From Candidatus Latescibacterota bacterium (lineage in GTDB: Bacteria > Latescibacterota > UBA2968 > GCA-2709665): 64,000 nt of DNA. The notes beneath the pieces were generated by a model. That model made no database searches and was not told the DNA's origin. It saw only the letters and a list, made by a program, of their open reading frames with translations. Both the position numbers and the translations under genes were made by a program. Every line of letters begins with the position of its first letter. Position 1 is the stretch's first letter. The stretch spans positions 4,512,001 to 4,576,000 of the forward strand of contig CBDCOX010000002.1 of the NCBI GenBank assembly GCA_965219995.1, in the 5' to 3' direction. This document shows positions 29,601 to 38,210 of the stretch, piece by piece.

Positions 29601-29966
29601 TACGGGTTCGTCCTGCAGGGTCTGCCGCGTCTTTGTCGGCCGGTAATTCTTCTCCAGAGGCCAGCGGCGGGGCCACCACGCGCCGTTGTAGACGTGCGGC
29701 CGGCGCAGATCGTCCAGAGTGCGCACGCGGATGGTCGTTTCCGCGGACCTGCCGCCGCGCGTTGCGCGGACCGCATAATCGCCGGCCCGGCCTGGAGACC
29801 GAAGATAGTGGTAGACGGCGCCGTCCCGATCGGACCACCTCGTGGCGGTCGTCTCGAAATGATCCGCCGAGAGTGTGACGTTTTCGTCCTGCGCCTGAAC
29901 GGGCAGGCGGAAGCTGCGTCCGGGCAGAATGACCCTGGGACGCCAGGGGATTGCGGGATCCGGCAT
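26646..29966 (-). CDS. Heparinase II/III-like polysaccharide lyase domain protein
   Basis: HHRHRDLLDVQLFA...LTDLGYP, WATHNTV, DG...E..GGY motifs; two CPNCG motifs N-terminally. Confidence 0.7.
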   Translation of the reverse strand: MPDPAIPWRPRVILPGRSFRLPVQAQDENVTLSADHFETTATRWSDRDGAVYHYLRSPGRAGDYAVRATRGGRSAETTIRVRTLDDLRRPHVYNGAWWPRRWPLEKNYRPTKTRQTLQDEPVSGRVDEQTVAWLSSQSDQVLWAQLPGAELPKAHFANCHQGCPNCGTAIFKYSGFYPWVRNHHPCDFKSVCPNCGSVYPSNDLADEDYISGEYPDDGYGCFDAEGHIFLFAATYHRDQCRSFNSGIAAMTNALRAGGFDDGRARQLGLLLLRYAEEELYVASVPQFRYGPSKGVEEPWDWGQPDWADESDPVQALRAKGSIRYSIDTPYLIECLALAYDTVWPLMREDRELVERAQSMGLSVQTPADACQMTEEMLAALLQVTLDRGASSNLPRESQGALIVLRCLDRPDARDVMDWVYDEGPDTLRVFTTNDFFPDGTPQEATGGYNAIHSDGLFDLEHHLRELRAGQPDAYPESAYPSLFEDGRAAHVPRALHEITMCGKSYFQFGDGSAPGSAGFKGEGTIRLENDLFHPPMDPSLLHRAAAFTDDPLVREIQSAVEDRRHRALGPTIHDGVGIAILRTHEAPERAAAGIVYGDTLHHRHRDLLDVQLFAFERPFLTDLGYPQSWASMSPWESHWATHNTVWSDLPPGEPVSAGRGRLVRSLFADGVQVLDVEAHRWAHDESRGWRRLGVAFRRLIALVGTDGDGVALVDLSRIAGGTNHWRTCRGLEGAFRSDNAGLLPQTGTVAGPHIERGETGDLPHPDHTALAYMDDVATGHAPPAFSGTWQSQVEPAARLDLHQVRVSPGTRLFSARAAQAMGTPETSNYLYHPVLWRRTPQDDTTCVDLVFEPRIGEPTLAEAVTIPATSTTAAGVRLTTVQGREIALYWAPESGPNEATSYNDGATLDGALTVVVDGKVSTVAASSFHNEKTSLAVRRAQQTGRIVALDRDACTIDVEGLEDVVAGDRVTVNPDERAHTYRVEAVETAGAPVLRLTLDVTSLLGRATVVAAKDGRIDFGFHVLAKSGNLNGTRIQTGANDDWAVIDNASNAGSWPPGRVRTTVRIDPNRGDGDRLRNLAPGAWVRIVDYVVGDTVRFEPVRSSES

Positions 29967-30027
29967 GGCGACCTTCCTCGGTAAAGGGGATACTGACGTT
30001 TGGGTGAGCTCGACTCCGGGCTCGAGT

Positions 30028-30864
30028 TCACACCGCCATTTTGGCCTTGACAGCCGCGTGGCAGCGGTAGTTGATTAGCCTGAAGTCGTCGTACACGAAG
30101 TCGTCGATGGCGTTCTGGCCGCGGTCCTCTATATGCAGGCGCGGGAGCGGATACGGGTCGCGCGACAACTGTTCCCGGACCGCGTCCAGGTGATTCAGAT
30201 AGATGTGGGCATCGGCCAGCGTGTGGATGAATTCGCCGGGTTCGAGACGGGTGATTCCGGCCACCATATGCAACAGGAGTGAATAGGAGGCGATGTTGAG
30301 CGGCACCCCCAGAAACATGTCGCAAGACCTCTGGTACATCAACATGGAAAGTCTGCCTTCCGCAACGTAGAACTGGAAGAAGGAGTGGCAGGGAGGAAGG
30401 GCGACGTCGTCGGGCGCGACTTCGGCGGCATTCCATGCGTTTACGATCATGCGCCTTGAATCGGGGTTGTCGCGGATCAGGTCGATGGCCTCCCGCAGCT
30501 GGTCCACGGTCCGTTCCGCCCCGCGCCACTCCCGCCACTGGACGCCGTAGATGCGTCCCATCGAGCCGTTGTTTTCGCGCAGGCCGAGTCTCCGGAGATA
30601 GTCCTGATAGTTGCCGTCCCAGAGTCTGTTGTAGGGATAAATCTTCTTGAGGTCGTTGATATTGTCGGATCCCGAAATGAACCAGAGAAGCTCGGAGAGC
30701 ATCGATTTCCACACGAGCTTTTTCGTGGTGACGGCGGGGAATCCGTCTTTCATATCGTACCGCGCGTGCAGGCCGAAACAGGAGATCGTGCCGACGCCGG
30801 TCCGGTCTTCTTTCGTGACGCCGTGTTCCAGGATATATTTCAGCTGATCGAGGTATTGTCTCAT
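30028..30864 (-). CDS. thyA: Thymidylate synthase
   Basis: DRTGVGT, SELLWF, IYGVQWR, ALPPCH, YQRSCDMFLGVPLNIASY, DAHIY.NH. Confidence 0.98.
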   Translation of the reverse strand: MRQYLDQLKYILEHGVTKEDRTGVGTISCFGLHARYDMKDGFPAVTTKKLVWKSMLSELLWFISGSDNINDLKKIYPYNRLWDGNYQDYLRRLGLRENNGSMGRIYGVQWREWRGAERTVDQLREAIDLIRDNPDSRRMIVNAWNAAEVAPDDVALPPCHSFFQFYVAEGRLSMLMYQRSCDMFLGVPLNIASYSLLLHMVAGITRLEPGEFIHTLADAHIYLNHLDAVREQLSRDPYPLPRLHIEDRGQNAIDDFVYDDFRLINYRCHAAVKAKMAV

Positions 30865-30909
30865 GAAGAACCCTGTACGGATGAGCCTTCGGCTGCGATC
30901 GGTCAGTAA

Positions 30910-31169
30910 AAAGCGGTGAGAGGGTAGACGGGAAAAGGAAGAATGAAGAATTAGGAATTAAGAATGAAAACCTGAAAGCGGTGAGAGGGGAGACGTGAGA
31001 CGGTAGAGGATAACTCTTACCGCAGTGTTTCTACAAAAAACGTGCCTGTTTCTTTACCGATATGGTAACGATAAAAAAAACTATATGGCACTCATACCTT
31101 CTCCCGTTTATTGTCTACCCGTTCTTCAGGCACTCGCATCACATCTCCCGTCTACCTTCTCCCCGCCTT
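30910..31169. repeat. Inverted-repeat-bounded heptamer-repeat element
   Basis: AAAGCGGTGAGAGGGTAGACGGGAAA and TCTCCCGTCTACCTTCTCCCCGCCTT are imperfect inverted repeats; internal AAGAATG/AGGAATT heptamers; related copy at 41148-41280. Confidence 0.6.
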
Positions 31170-31262
31170 AAAGAGAGGTCTGCGCCTCTGCGGGTAATGC
31201 CACATCGCGGCGCTGACGGCAATTGAATGGGTTTCAGATTCAATCTGCACTTTGGTTCGTTG

Positions 31263-31283
31263 GGGCAACCCTTGTGGTTGCCC
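31263..31283. repeat. REP-like palindrome
   Basis: GGGCAACC-CTTGT-GGTTGCCC perfect stem. Confidence 0.55.
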
Positions 31284-31369
31284 GCCCGAACGGTGTTTCA
31301 GGTCTTACCCTGTGTTTTTCTTCGTGTCTTTGTGTCTTCGTGTGAGCTGATTTTCGTTTTCACATCATC

Positions 31370-31852
31370 TCACGTCTCACGTCTTGCGTCTCCCCGTCTT
31401 TCGTAGACCAACAGGGTGAACTCGACGTGTTCTTCTTTCTTCGTGAGGCGCCACTCGCTCTCGTCGAACTCTGGGAAGAGGGTGTCGCCGTCGTAGTCGC
31501 CCTTGATCAGGGAAAAAACCATCCTGTTCGCGACGGAGATGGACTGCCGGTAAATCTCGGCGCCGCCCGCGCTGAAAACGGGCTTTCCGTAGGAACCGGC
31601 TTTCTCAAGCGCCTCTTCGAACGTGCGGCAGACGTCGACGCCCGGGGTTTCCGGGAACGTGCGGCTGACGATGACGTGGGAGCGACCCGGCAGGGGTCTG
31701 CAGCCGATCGACTCGAAGGTCTTGCGGCCCATGATCAGAACGCCGCCGGTGGTGATTTTCCTGAAATGCCGGAGGTCCTCGGAAACGTGCCAGGGCATGG
31801 CATTTTCTTTGCCGATCACCCGATTGTCCGCCATGGCGGCGATGACGGTCAT
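31370..31852 (-). CDS. folA: Dihydrofolate reductase
   Basis: AAMADNRVIG..N.MPW...EDL..F, IMGRKTFESI, PLPGR, GGAEIY, GDTLFP. Confidence 0.96.
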   Translation of the reverse strand: MTVIAAMADNRVIGKENAMPWHVSEDLRHFRKITTGGVLIMGRKTFESIGCRPLPGRSHVIVSRTFPETPGVDVCRTFEEALEKAGSYGKPVFSAGGAEIYRQSISVANRMVFSLIKGDYDGDTLFPEFDESEWRLTKKEEHVEFTLLVYERRGDARRET

Positions 31853-33192
31853 GGCCCCCCCGGCGCGGTGATATCCAGCAGTTGCGGGACCGCCGTGGAT
31901 CGACCGACGAGATCGTGATCGAGCGCATCCGTGATTTCCACGTCTGTGAATTCGCCGATCCGCGCTTCACCGGAAATAAAGACCTCGCCATCGATCTCGG
32001 GAGCGTCCATGCGCGTTCGGCCGACATAGTCATAGGCCGGATCGTCAGAGTGCCGGTCGACCAGTACGCGGTGCGTGCGACCCACGCATTCGGCGGTGAT
32101 TTGCGAGGAGATGACGGCCTGGAGGCTGAGGATGCGGTCCAGTCGTTCCCGTTTTTCGTCTTCCGGCACGTCGTCCTCGAGCCGCCCGGCCCGGGTGCCT
32201 TCCTCGTGCGAGTAGAGGAAGCCGACCAGCCGGTTGAAACGGATTTCCTCGACGAATTCCAGGAGTTCCCGGACGTGTTCCTCTCTCTCGCCGGGAAAAC
32301 CGGCGATGACGGAGGAACGGAGGGTCAGGTCGGGCACCCGGTCTCGCAGTTTTCGAATCAACGCGCGGGTGTTCTTCACGGTCGCGCCGCGATTCATCGC
32401 CTTGAGCATGGCATCGGAGGCGTGCTGGATGGGCATGTCCACGTACGCGCACAGCTTTTCCTCTTGCGCCAGGATGTCGATCAGGTCGTCGCGCCAGCCG
32501 GTGGGGTACGTGTAGAGCAGGCGGATCCATTCGAGGCCGTCGACGCGGACGAGTTCGCGCAGGAGGTCCATCAGGCGCGGGCTGCCATAGAGGTCCGCGC
32601 CGTATCGCATGGTATCCTGGGCGATCAGCGCGATTTCCTTCACGCCGCCTGCGGCCATACGCCAGGCTTCGGCCACCAGAACCTCGATGGATTCGCTGCG
32701 GTTCACGCCACGTATGCCGGGGATGGCGCAGAAGGCGCAGGTCCGGTCGCAGCCGTCCGAGATGCGCATGTAAGCCCAGTGACGGGGCGTGAGAAGATGC
32801 CTGGCGCCCTCATCGCGGTAGACCCTGGGACGCGAGATGCCCAACAGCCGGTCGCAATGGGAGACGATCTCGCGTTCTCCGGCCAGACCGACGACCATGT
32901 CGGCCTCGGGGATTTCCGCTTCGAGTTCGTGCCGGTAGCGTTCAGCCAGACACCCCGTGAGTATCAGACCCTTGCAATTGCCGGTTTCCTTGTAGTCGGC
33001 GGCCTCGAGGGCCGTAGCGATGGATTCGTCTTTGGCCGGCTCGATGAAGCCGCACGTGTTCACAACGATGATGTCCGCCTCATCGGGTTCGTCGGCCACC
33101 ACGTAGTCGTTGGATTCCAGCAGCCGGTGCATTCGTTCCGAGTCGACGGTATTCTTCGGGCATCCAAGCGTAATGAGGTTTACAGACGGCAT
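31849..33192 (-). CDS. rimO: Ribosomal protein S12 methylthiotransferase
   Basis: LGCPKNTVDSE, NTCGFI, ISDGCDRTCAFC, DAPEIDG TRAM domain. Confidence 0.96.
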   Translation of the reverse strand: MPSVNLITLGCPKNTVDSERMHRLLESNDYVVADEPDEADIIVVNTCGFIEPAKDESIATALEAADYKETGNCKGLILTGCLAERYRHELEAEIPEADMVVGLAGEREIVSHCDRLLGISRPRVYRDEGARHLLTPRHWAYMRISDGCDRTCAFCAIPGIRGVNRSESIEVLVAEAWRMAAGGVKEIALIAQDTMRYGADLYGSPRLMDLLRELVRVDGLEWIRLLYTYPTGWRDDLIDILAQEEKLCAYVDMPIQHASDAMLKAMNRGATVKNTRALIRKLRDRVPDLTLRSSVIAGFPGEREEHVRELLEFVEEIRFNRLVGFLYSHEEGTRAGRLEDDVPEDEKRERLDRILSLQAVISSQITAECVGRTHRVLVDRHSDDPAYDYVGRTRMDAPEIDGEVFISGEARIGEFTDVEITDALDHDLVGRSTAVPQLLDITAPGGP

Positions 33193-33328
33193 TTGGACGA
33201 CTCCGGCACAGAGGGTGACAAACGGATTCCATCGCTTCCGTCCGAGTTGGCCACGAAGCTTACGGAAAAAATCGTCGATGCGTCGAATTTTGTCAAGCGG
33301 AAGATGGGTTCATAACCGCGAAACACGT

Positions 33329-34555
33329 ATGAGAATTCAGATCCTCCGATGGGTCGTTGCTCCCTGGTTTTTCCTGTTTGCGGAAGGAAAGCCCCTCCAC
33401 GCTCACGGGACGGAAATCGGCTTCGAGCTGACACGAATCGACAGCGGAAAGGCGTCGGTCAGTCCTTTCTGGGGTTACAACGCGCCCAAGCTGGTCTTCG
33501 ACGGCGACCACTATTATACCGTCGGCCGCTGGGGACCGAGCCAGGACGCCGCCAGAGGCGTTGTCTACCGCAGCAGTGCAGACGGATGGGAGGTCTTCTT
33601 CGAATGGGAGGGTCTCCACCATCAACCGGGTATGGTCCTGCTGGACGCCCGGCGGCGCCTCGTCCTCGTCCACGCGCGCCGCGACGACGGCCCCCGGATT
33701 CTGCATCAGCGCCGGCGCGGCGATCCGCGCGGATTCGGGGAGGTCGCTCTGCCGGGCGGGCTGGACCGCGCCGGATATATCGGGGCTGCGATGGACGGGG
33801 ACAGGCTTGTCCTCGGATACATTGGCAGTCCTGGTTCGTATTCCTTCCGGATCGCGTGGGTCGACCTGGATACCGGTCTGTGGTCCGGTCCGTTCGTCCT
33901 GGCTGAAGAGCAGCGGTCGACGGAGCCATGGACGACGTGGTTGTACCCGCTGATCGTACCGGATGGCGACGGTTTCCATCTCGTGGTGAGCAACAATGCC
34001 TACCGCAGTTCATACTACAACCGGATCAACTATCTCTATATACCGTATGGAGATCCCGCGTCCGCCGTTGCGGAAGTCGTCGCCGAGGTTAATCCCTGGA
34101 AGCAGAACATGGCCTTTGCGCAGGCGATGCGGCGGACGGACGACGGCGCGTTGTTCGTCACCGCGACGCGCCGCCACCATGGGGACAGGAACCGGCTGCT
34201 TGTCTACCGGCGGGACCCCGGCGCCCGCCGGTGGGACGCGGTAACGGAAGGGGGGGCGGGAATCGCCGCGGTCTTCGAAGACCCCCGGGAGTCGGACCGG
34301 CTGTGGATGACGAGTACGTCGGGGCCGGCGATACGTCTTTACCGCGGCGAAGATCGTGGGCGGAAGTGGTCCACGGTCGCACTGCGCAGTTTCGAGAAAT
34401 TCGGACTGTGGAGACCCTTCTTCCTGTACGGCATCACACCGGCCAGCGGGAGCCTGATACCCGGCCAACCGTGCGCGGTATTCAGCAGCGGGACCCTTCC
34501 CGACACCGAACTGTGGTTCGTTCGTTTCGAAACCCGGCGTCTGCGTCCGAGGTGA
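33329..34555 (+). CDS. Secreted hypothetical protein, possible beta-propeller (BNR/Asp-box-like)
   Basis: Signal-like N-terminus; Trp-terminated strands, GEDRGRKWS Asp-box-like motif. Confidence 0.5.
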   Translation: MRIQILRWVVAPWFFLFAEGKPLHAHGTEIGFELTRIDSGKASVSPFWGYNAPKLVFDGDHYYTVGRWGPSQDAARGVVYRSSADGWEVFFEWEGLHHQPGMVLLDARRRLVLVHARRDDGPRILHQRRRGDPRGFGEVALPGGLDRAGYIGAAMDGDRLVLGYIGSPGSYSFRIAWVDLDTGLWSGPFVLAEEQRSTEPWTTWLYPLIVPDGDGFHLVVSNNAYRSSYYNRINYLYIPYGDPASAVAEVVAEVNPWKQNMAFAQAMRRTDDGALFVTATRRHHGDRNRLLVYRRDPGARRWDAVTEGGAGIAAVFEDPRESDRLWMTSTSGPAIRLYRGEDRGRKWSTVALRSFEKFGLWRPFFLYGITPASGSLIPGQPCAVFSSGTLPDTELWFVRFETRRLRPR

Positions 34556-34659
34556 CCGGCCGCCCGGATGTGCGTACCGACGAGCCGGCTCGATTTACGA
34601 TGGGGTGAAAGGAGGGACTCCGTGCCCGTGGAGGAGAGGGTCCGATTTCGGGTTCTTTC

Positions 34660-34687
34660 TTGACAAGTGACGCCTTATGGATATATT
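34660..34687 (+). promoter_or_regulatory. sigma70-type promoter for rpmB
   Basis: TTGACA-N16-TATATT upstream of rpmB. Confidence 0.5.
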
Positions 34688-34823
34688 TAACCGGAAAAAT
34701 GCGGTGCGTCGCCGAACGGTCGCGCACAATCGGGAAGCGTTTCCGCCCGCCAAAGCGGGGCAGTCTATTCATTCAAAAGATAATTCGACCGGTTCAATTT
34801 TGGATCTCACGGAGGCATCGATT

Positions 34824-35015
34824 ATGGCAGCCAGATGTGACATTTGCGGGAAGGGGCCGATGGTCGGCAATCACGTCAGCCACGCCAACAACAGAAAGAA
34901 GCGGCGATTCAATCCGAACCTGAGACGGGTGCGCGCGCAGGTGGACGGGACCACAAGAAGAATCAAGGTCTGTACGAAGTGCATAAAGCTCGGCCGCGTG
35001 AACAAAGCCGCATAG
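34824..35015 (+). CDS. rpmB: 50S ribosomal protein L28
   Basis: [33 protein letters not shown]...VCTKC; GGAGG RBS. Confidence 0.97.
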   Translation: MAARCDICGKGPMVGNHVSHANNRKKRRFNPNLRRVRAQVDGTTRRIKVCTKCIKLGRVNKAA

Positions 35016-35095
35016 GGTCCGGACGCGGCCATCAGATGTCCCCTGTCGGATCCCCGTAGGAGGTTCGGGTCAGACCGTCAGAGGATTCCAGACCG

Positions 35096-35131
35096 AAAAA
35101 ACTCACCTTTTGTTTCCAGGTGGGTTTTTTT
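35096..35131 (+). terminator. Intrinsic terminator after rpmB
   Basis: AAAAAACTCACCT...AGGTGGGTTTTTTT. Confidence 0.7.
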
Positions 35132-35236
35132 ATGTTATCGAACCGACACGGGATGGGGCAAGGGAGACGACGCAGGATGACCCTGAAGGCTGAGATTGAA
35201 ATCATACCCGACGTCAATGACGGGAACGCGGTCTGA

Positions 35237-37375
35237 ATGGACTACTCTCGGGGTAAACGCTTCCTGAATACGCTGCAGGACTGGGAGCGGGACGGGACGG
35301 CGGCGGGCACGCCGGACCATTACCTGCCGCGGATGCGGGCCCTCTTGCGGCGGATGGGGAATCCACAGAAGGACTTCGCGTCGGTCATTGTCGGCGGGAC
35401 GAACGGGAAGGGAACGGTGGCCGGCGTCCTGGCCTCCCTGCTGCATGCATGCGGACGCCATACCGGTATCTACACGTCGCCGCACCTGCACACCATCCGC
35501 GAACGCATCCGGATCGACGGCAGGATTCTGGAAAAGGATGACTGGGCGAAGGGGATCGCGGACCTCTACGACCGGACGCGCGGATTCGAAGCGGAGGGGT
35601 ACGGTTCATTCACCAGGTTCGAGGCGTTGACGGCGCTGGCGGCGTCCATGTTCGCACGGGCCCGAGTCGAATTCGGTGTGTTCGAGGTGGGGCTGGGCGG
35701 CCGATATGACGCAACCAATGCGTGGGATGCCGGTGTGGCGGTGCTCACGTCGATCGATCTGGACCACACCGAAGTGCTGGGCAATACGGTGGAGGAGATC
35801 GCGCTCGACAAGCTCGAAATCTCCCGTCCCGGGAGGCCGCTCTTCACCTCCGCCGCGCAGAAGCCCGAAGTGCTCTCGCTGTTGCGGCGGGAGTGTCGTA
35901 AACGGGGCGTGGATCTTCGGGTCGTGTGCGACGGGACGGGCGGAGGCTGGGCGGACATATCGGAGACATTGGCAATTGCGAAGATGCCCGATCGGGGATC
36001 CGTATTCCGGAACAACGCCCGGCTGGCGCTTGCCGTCGGGCGCTATTTGTTGGGAGATGAACTTACGAAACCCCGTATCAGGGAAGCCCTGAGCGGACTC
36101 GAGTTACCGGGGAGATTCGAGGTGGCGCAACAGTCGCCCCGGGTCGTTCTGGACGGCGCTCACAACCCGGCGGGGGCCGCGGCCCTTGCCCACGACCTCG
36201 GCAGAATGTCGAAGCGGTGGACGTTTGTGGTTGGCGTGAACGCGGGCCACGACGCCGGAGGGATACTCGAGGCGATTCGGCCGCTGGCGAAAACGGTGAT
36301 TCTGACACGGTCCGATCACCCGAAGTCGCTGCCCGTCGACGTGTTGCGGCGAAGCCTGCCCGCGGGCGTTTCCGCGTGCTGCGCGCCGGACGTGGTTGAG
36401 GCACTCGGGCGCGCGGGGTTGCGGGAAGGGGATCCCGTCTGTATCATGGGATCGTTGCACCTGGTCGGAAAGGCGCGGGAATCGCTCGGGCTTCCGTGCG
36501 AGCGGGACGGATTCGGGGAAGATCTTCACCGGGAGAGTCTGACGTGCCTCGCGAACGCCTGCGGCAACCTGGGCCTCCGGCTGGAACCGGCTTCCGAAGA
36601 CGGAAATCTGGTCTGCATCCGGCCGCCGGACGGCGGGCCCGTCTATTTTCTGCGCAACAGGCACCCGTTCAACGACTACGTGGCGGCCCGTCTGGCGGAA
36701 GACAAGGCATATCAATACGAACTGTTCACGCGGGCCGGCCTTCCGGTTCCCGATACGATCGTGGCATTCAATCCGTTCGCGGACGAACGGTTTTCGCGTT
36801 ACCGGACCCATGCGTCCGTCGATGCCGTCGTCGAGGACGTTGAACGCCGGCTTTCCTATCCGGTGGTCGTCAAACGAAACCTCGGGTCGCTGGCGCAGGG
36901 GGTATTCCTGGAGCGAGACCGGCGCGCACTGAAGAATCGCCTGCAGACGTTGTTCGAAAACAGCGGATTTCTGGATAATCTGGTCCTGGTCCAGGCCTAT
37001 ACCGCCGGTCCCGAGTATCGGATCCTCGCCGCCAGGGATGAAGTGCTGCTGGCTTACGAGAAAGCCGGCGGTTCTTCGGACGGCGACCTGAACCCGCTTC
37101 ACGGGGCAACGGGGTCTGCGAAGCGTGTGGAGGCGCCGGAACTGGTCGAAGGGCTGTCGGAACTGGCGACGGCCGTATCGGGAGTGATCGGTCTGGGGTT
37201 CTACGCGATCGACGTCATTCAGTCGGCGGCGGGATTCCAGGTGATCGAAATCAACCCGAACCCGATGTGCTATTTTTATAACCTGCACAACGGCCGGACG
37301 GATTTCGTGGACATCTACGAAAGGCTCCTCGGCAGGCATCTTCAGGGATTGAACCCGCCGGCCGCGCAGGAATAG
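35237..37375 (+). CDS. folC: FolC-type folylpolyglutamate synthase fused to a C-terminal RimK-like ATP-grasp ligase
   Basis: GTNGKGT, YTSPHL, EVGLGGRYDATN, DGAHN; then DK..Q...F..AGLPVP, YPVVVK..LGSLAQGV, EYR, AIDVI, IEINPNP. Confidence 0.85.
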   Translation: MDYSRGKRFLNTLQDWERDGTAAGTPDHYLPRMRALLRRMGNPQKDFASVIVGGTNGKGTVAGVLASLLHACGRHTGIYTSPHLHTIRERIRIDGRILEKDDWAKGIADLYDRTRGFEAEGYGSFTRFEALTALAASMFARARVEFGVFEVGLGGRYDATNAWDAGVAVLTSIDLDHTEVLGNTVEEIALDKLEISRPGRPLFTSAAQKPEVLSLLRRECRKRGVDLRVVCDGTGGGWADISETLAIAKMPDRGSVFRNNARLALAVGRYLLGDELTKPRIREALSGLELPGRFEVAQQSPRVVLDGAHNPAGAAALAHDLGRMSKRWTFVVGVNAGHDAGGILEAIRPLAKTVILTRSDHPKSLPVDVLRRSLPAGVSACCAPDVVEALGRAGLREGDPVCIMGSLHLVGKARESLGLPCERDGFGEDLHRESLTCLANACGNLGLRLEPASEDGNLVCIRPPDGGPVYFLRNRHPFNDYVAARLAEDKAYQYELFTRAGLPVPDTIVAFNPFADERFSRYRTHASVDAVVEDVERRLSYPVVVKRNLGSLAQGVFLERDRRALKNRLQTLFENSGFLDNLVLVQAYTAGPEYRILAARDEVLLAYEKAGGSSDGDLNPLHGATGSAKRVEAPELVEGLSELATAVSGVIGLGFYAIDVIQSAAGFQVIEINPNPMCYFYNLHNGRTDFVDIYERLLGRHLQGLNPPAAQE

Positions 37376-37429
37376 GAATCAGCGGGATTCAGGATCAGGT
37401 GCGGAACGAATACCCGGAAAGGAAACGCC

Positions 37430-38167
37430 ATGCCGCTGACTGGCGCCCAGCTCGAACAGTACCGCGCCGATGGCTTTGCCGTGGGCGGCCGGATTCTCAG
37501 TGACGACGAACTCGCAAGGCTGCGGACAGTACTGGAATCCATCATCGAGAATCTGCCCCGTGATCGAAGGCCCGAGAACATGCCGTCGCTCCACTACGAA
37601 AACGGGTACCTTCGCGATCTGTTCCTGGACGATCGTCTCATCGACGTGGCTGCGCAGATCGTGGGTCCGGACGTCGCGCTGTTCACGTCCTACGTGATCA
37701 GCAAACGCCCGGACGACGGCCTGGCGGTAGACTGGCATCAGGATGCCGCGTTTTTTCCCATCGAGCCGATGGATACGTTCACGCTCTGGCTGGCGGTGGA
37801 CGACTCCGACGTTGAGAACGGCTGCATGCGGGTGCTTCCCGGCACCCACAGGCAGCAGGCCGTTCTGCTGCACAAAGTGGATCTCGACTCCGGCACCACA
37901 CTCCCGATGTCACTGGAAAATCTCGACCATTCAGGGGCCGCGGACGTGGAGCTGCGGGCCGGTGAGTATTCCGTTCACGATCCCTGGATCCTGCATGGGT
38001 CCAATCCCAACACGTCGTCCAGGCGGCGCTGCGGGATCACCTTGAAATACATCTCCACGCGCGCCGAAATCGACCGCACGTTCCGTTCTCCCTCCGGCTT
38101 CGACTGGGACGGGCTCCGTCTCTACCTGGCGCGGGGGAATCCGGGCCGCCACAGCTACGCCAACTGA
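37430..38167 (+). CDS. Phytanoyl-CoA dioxygenase (PhyH) family Fe(II)/2OG oxygenase
   Basis: WHQD, WLAVDD..VENGC, LHGS.PN.S.RRR. Confidence 0.9.
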   Translation: MPLTGAQLEQYRADGFAVGGRILSDDELARLRTVLESIIENLPRDRRPENMPSLHYENGYLRDLFLDDRLIDVAAQIVGPDVALFTSYVISKRPDDGLAVDWHQDAAFFPIEPMDTFTLWLAVDDSDVENGCMRVLPGTHRQQAVLLHKVDLDSGTTLPMSLENLDHSGAADVELRAGEYSVHDPWILHGSNPNTSSRRRCGITLKYISTRAEIDRTFRSPSGFDWDGLRLYLARGNPGRHSYAN

Positions 38168-38210
38168 TCTCCAGTGTCCGTGCGGAAACCCGGATCGAAT
38201 TGAACCGGAT

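Noticed and set aside
35237-37375. Cyanophycin synthetase
   Set aside because: Domain order is reversed and the Mur-ligase part carries FolC-specific motifs.
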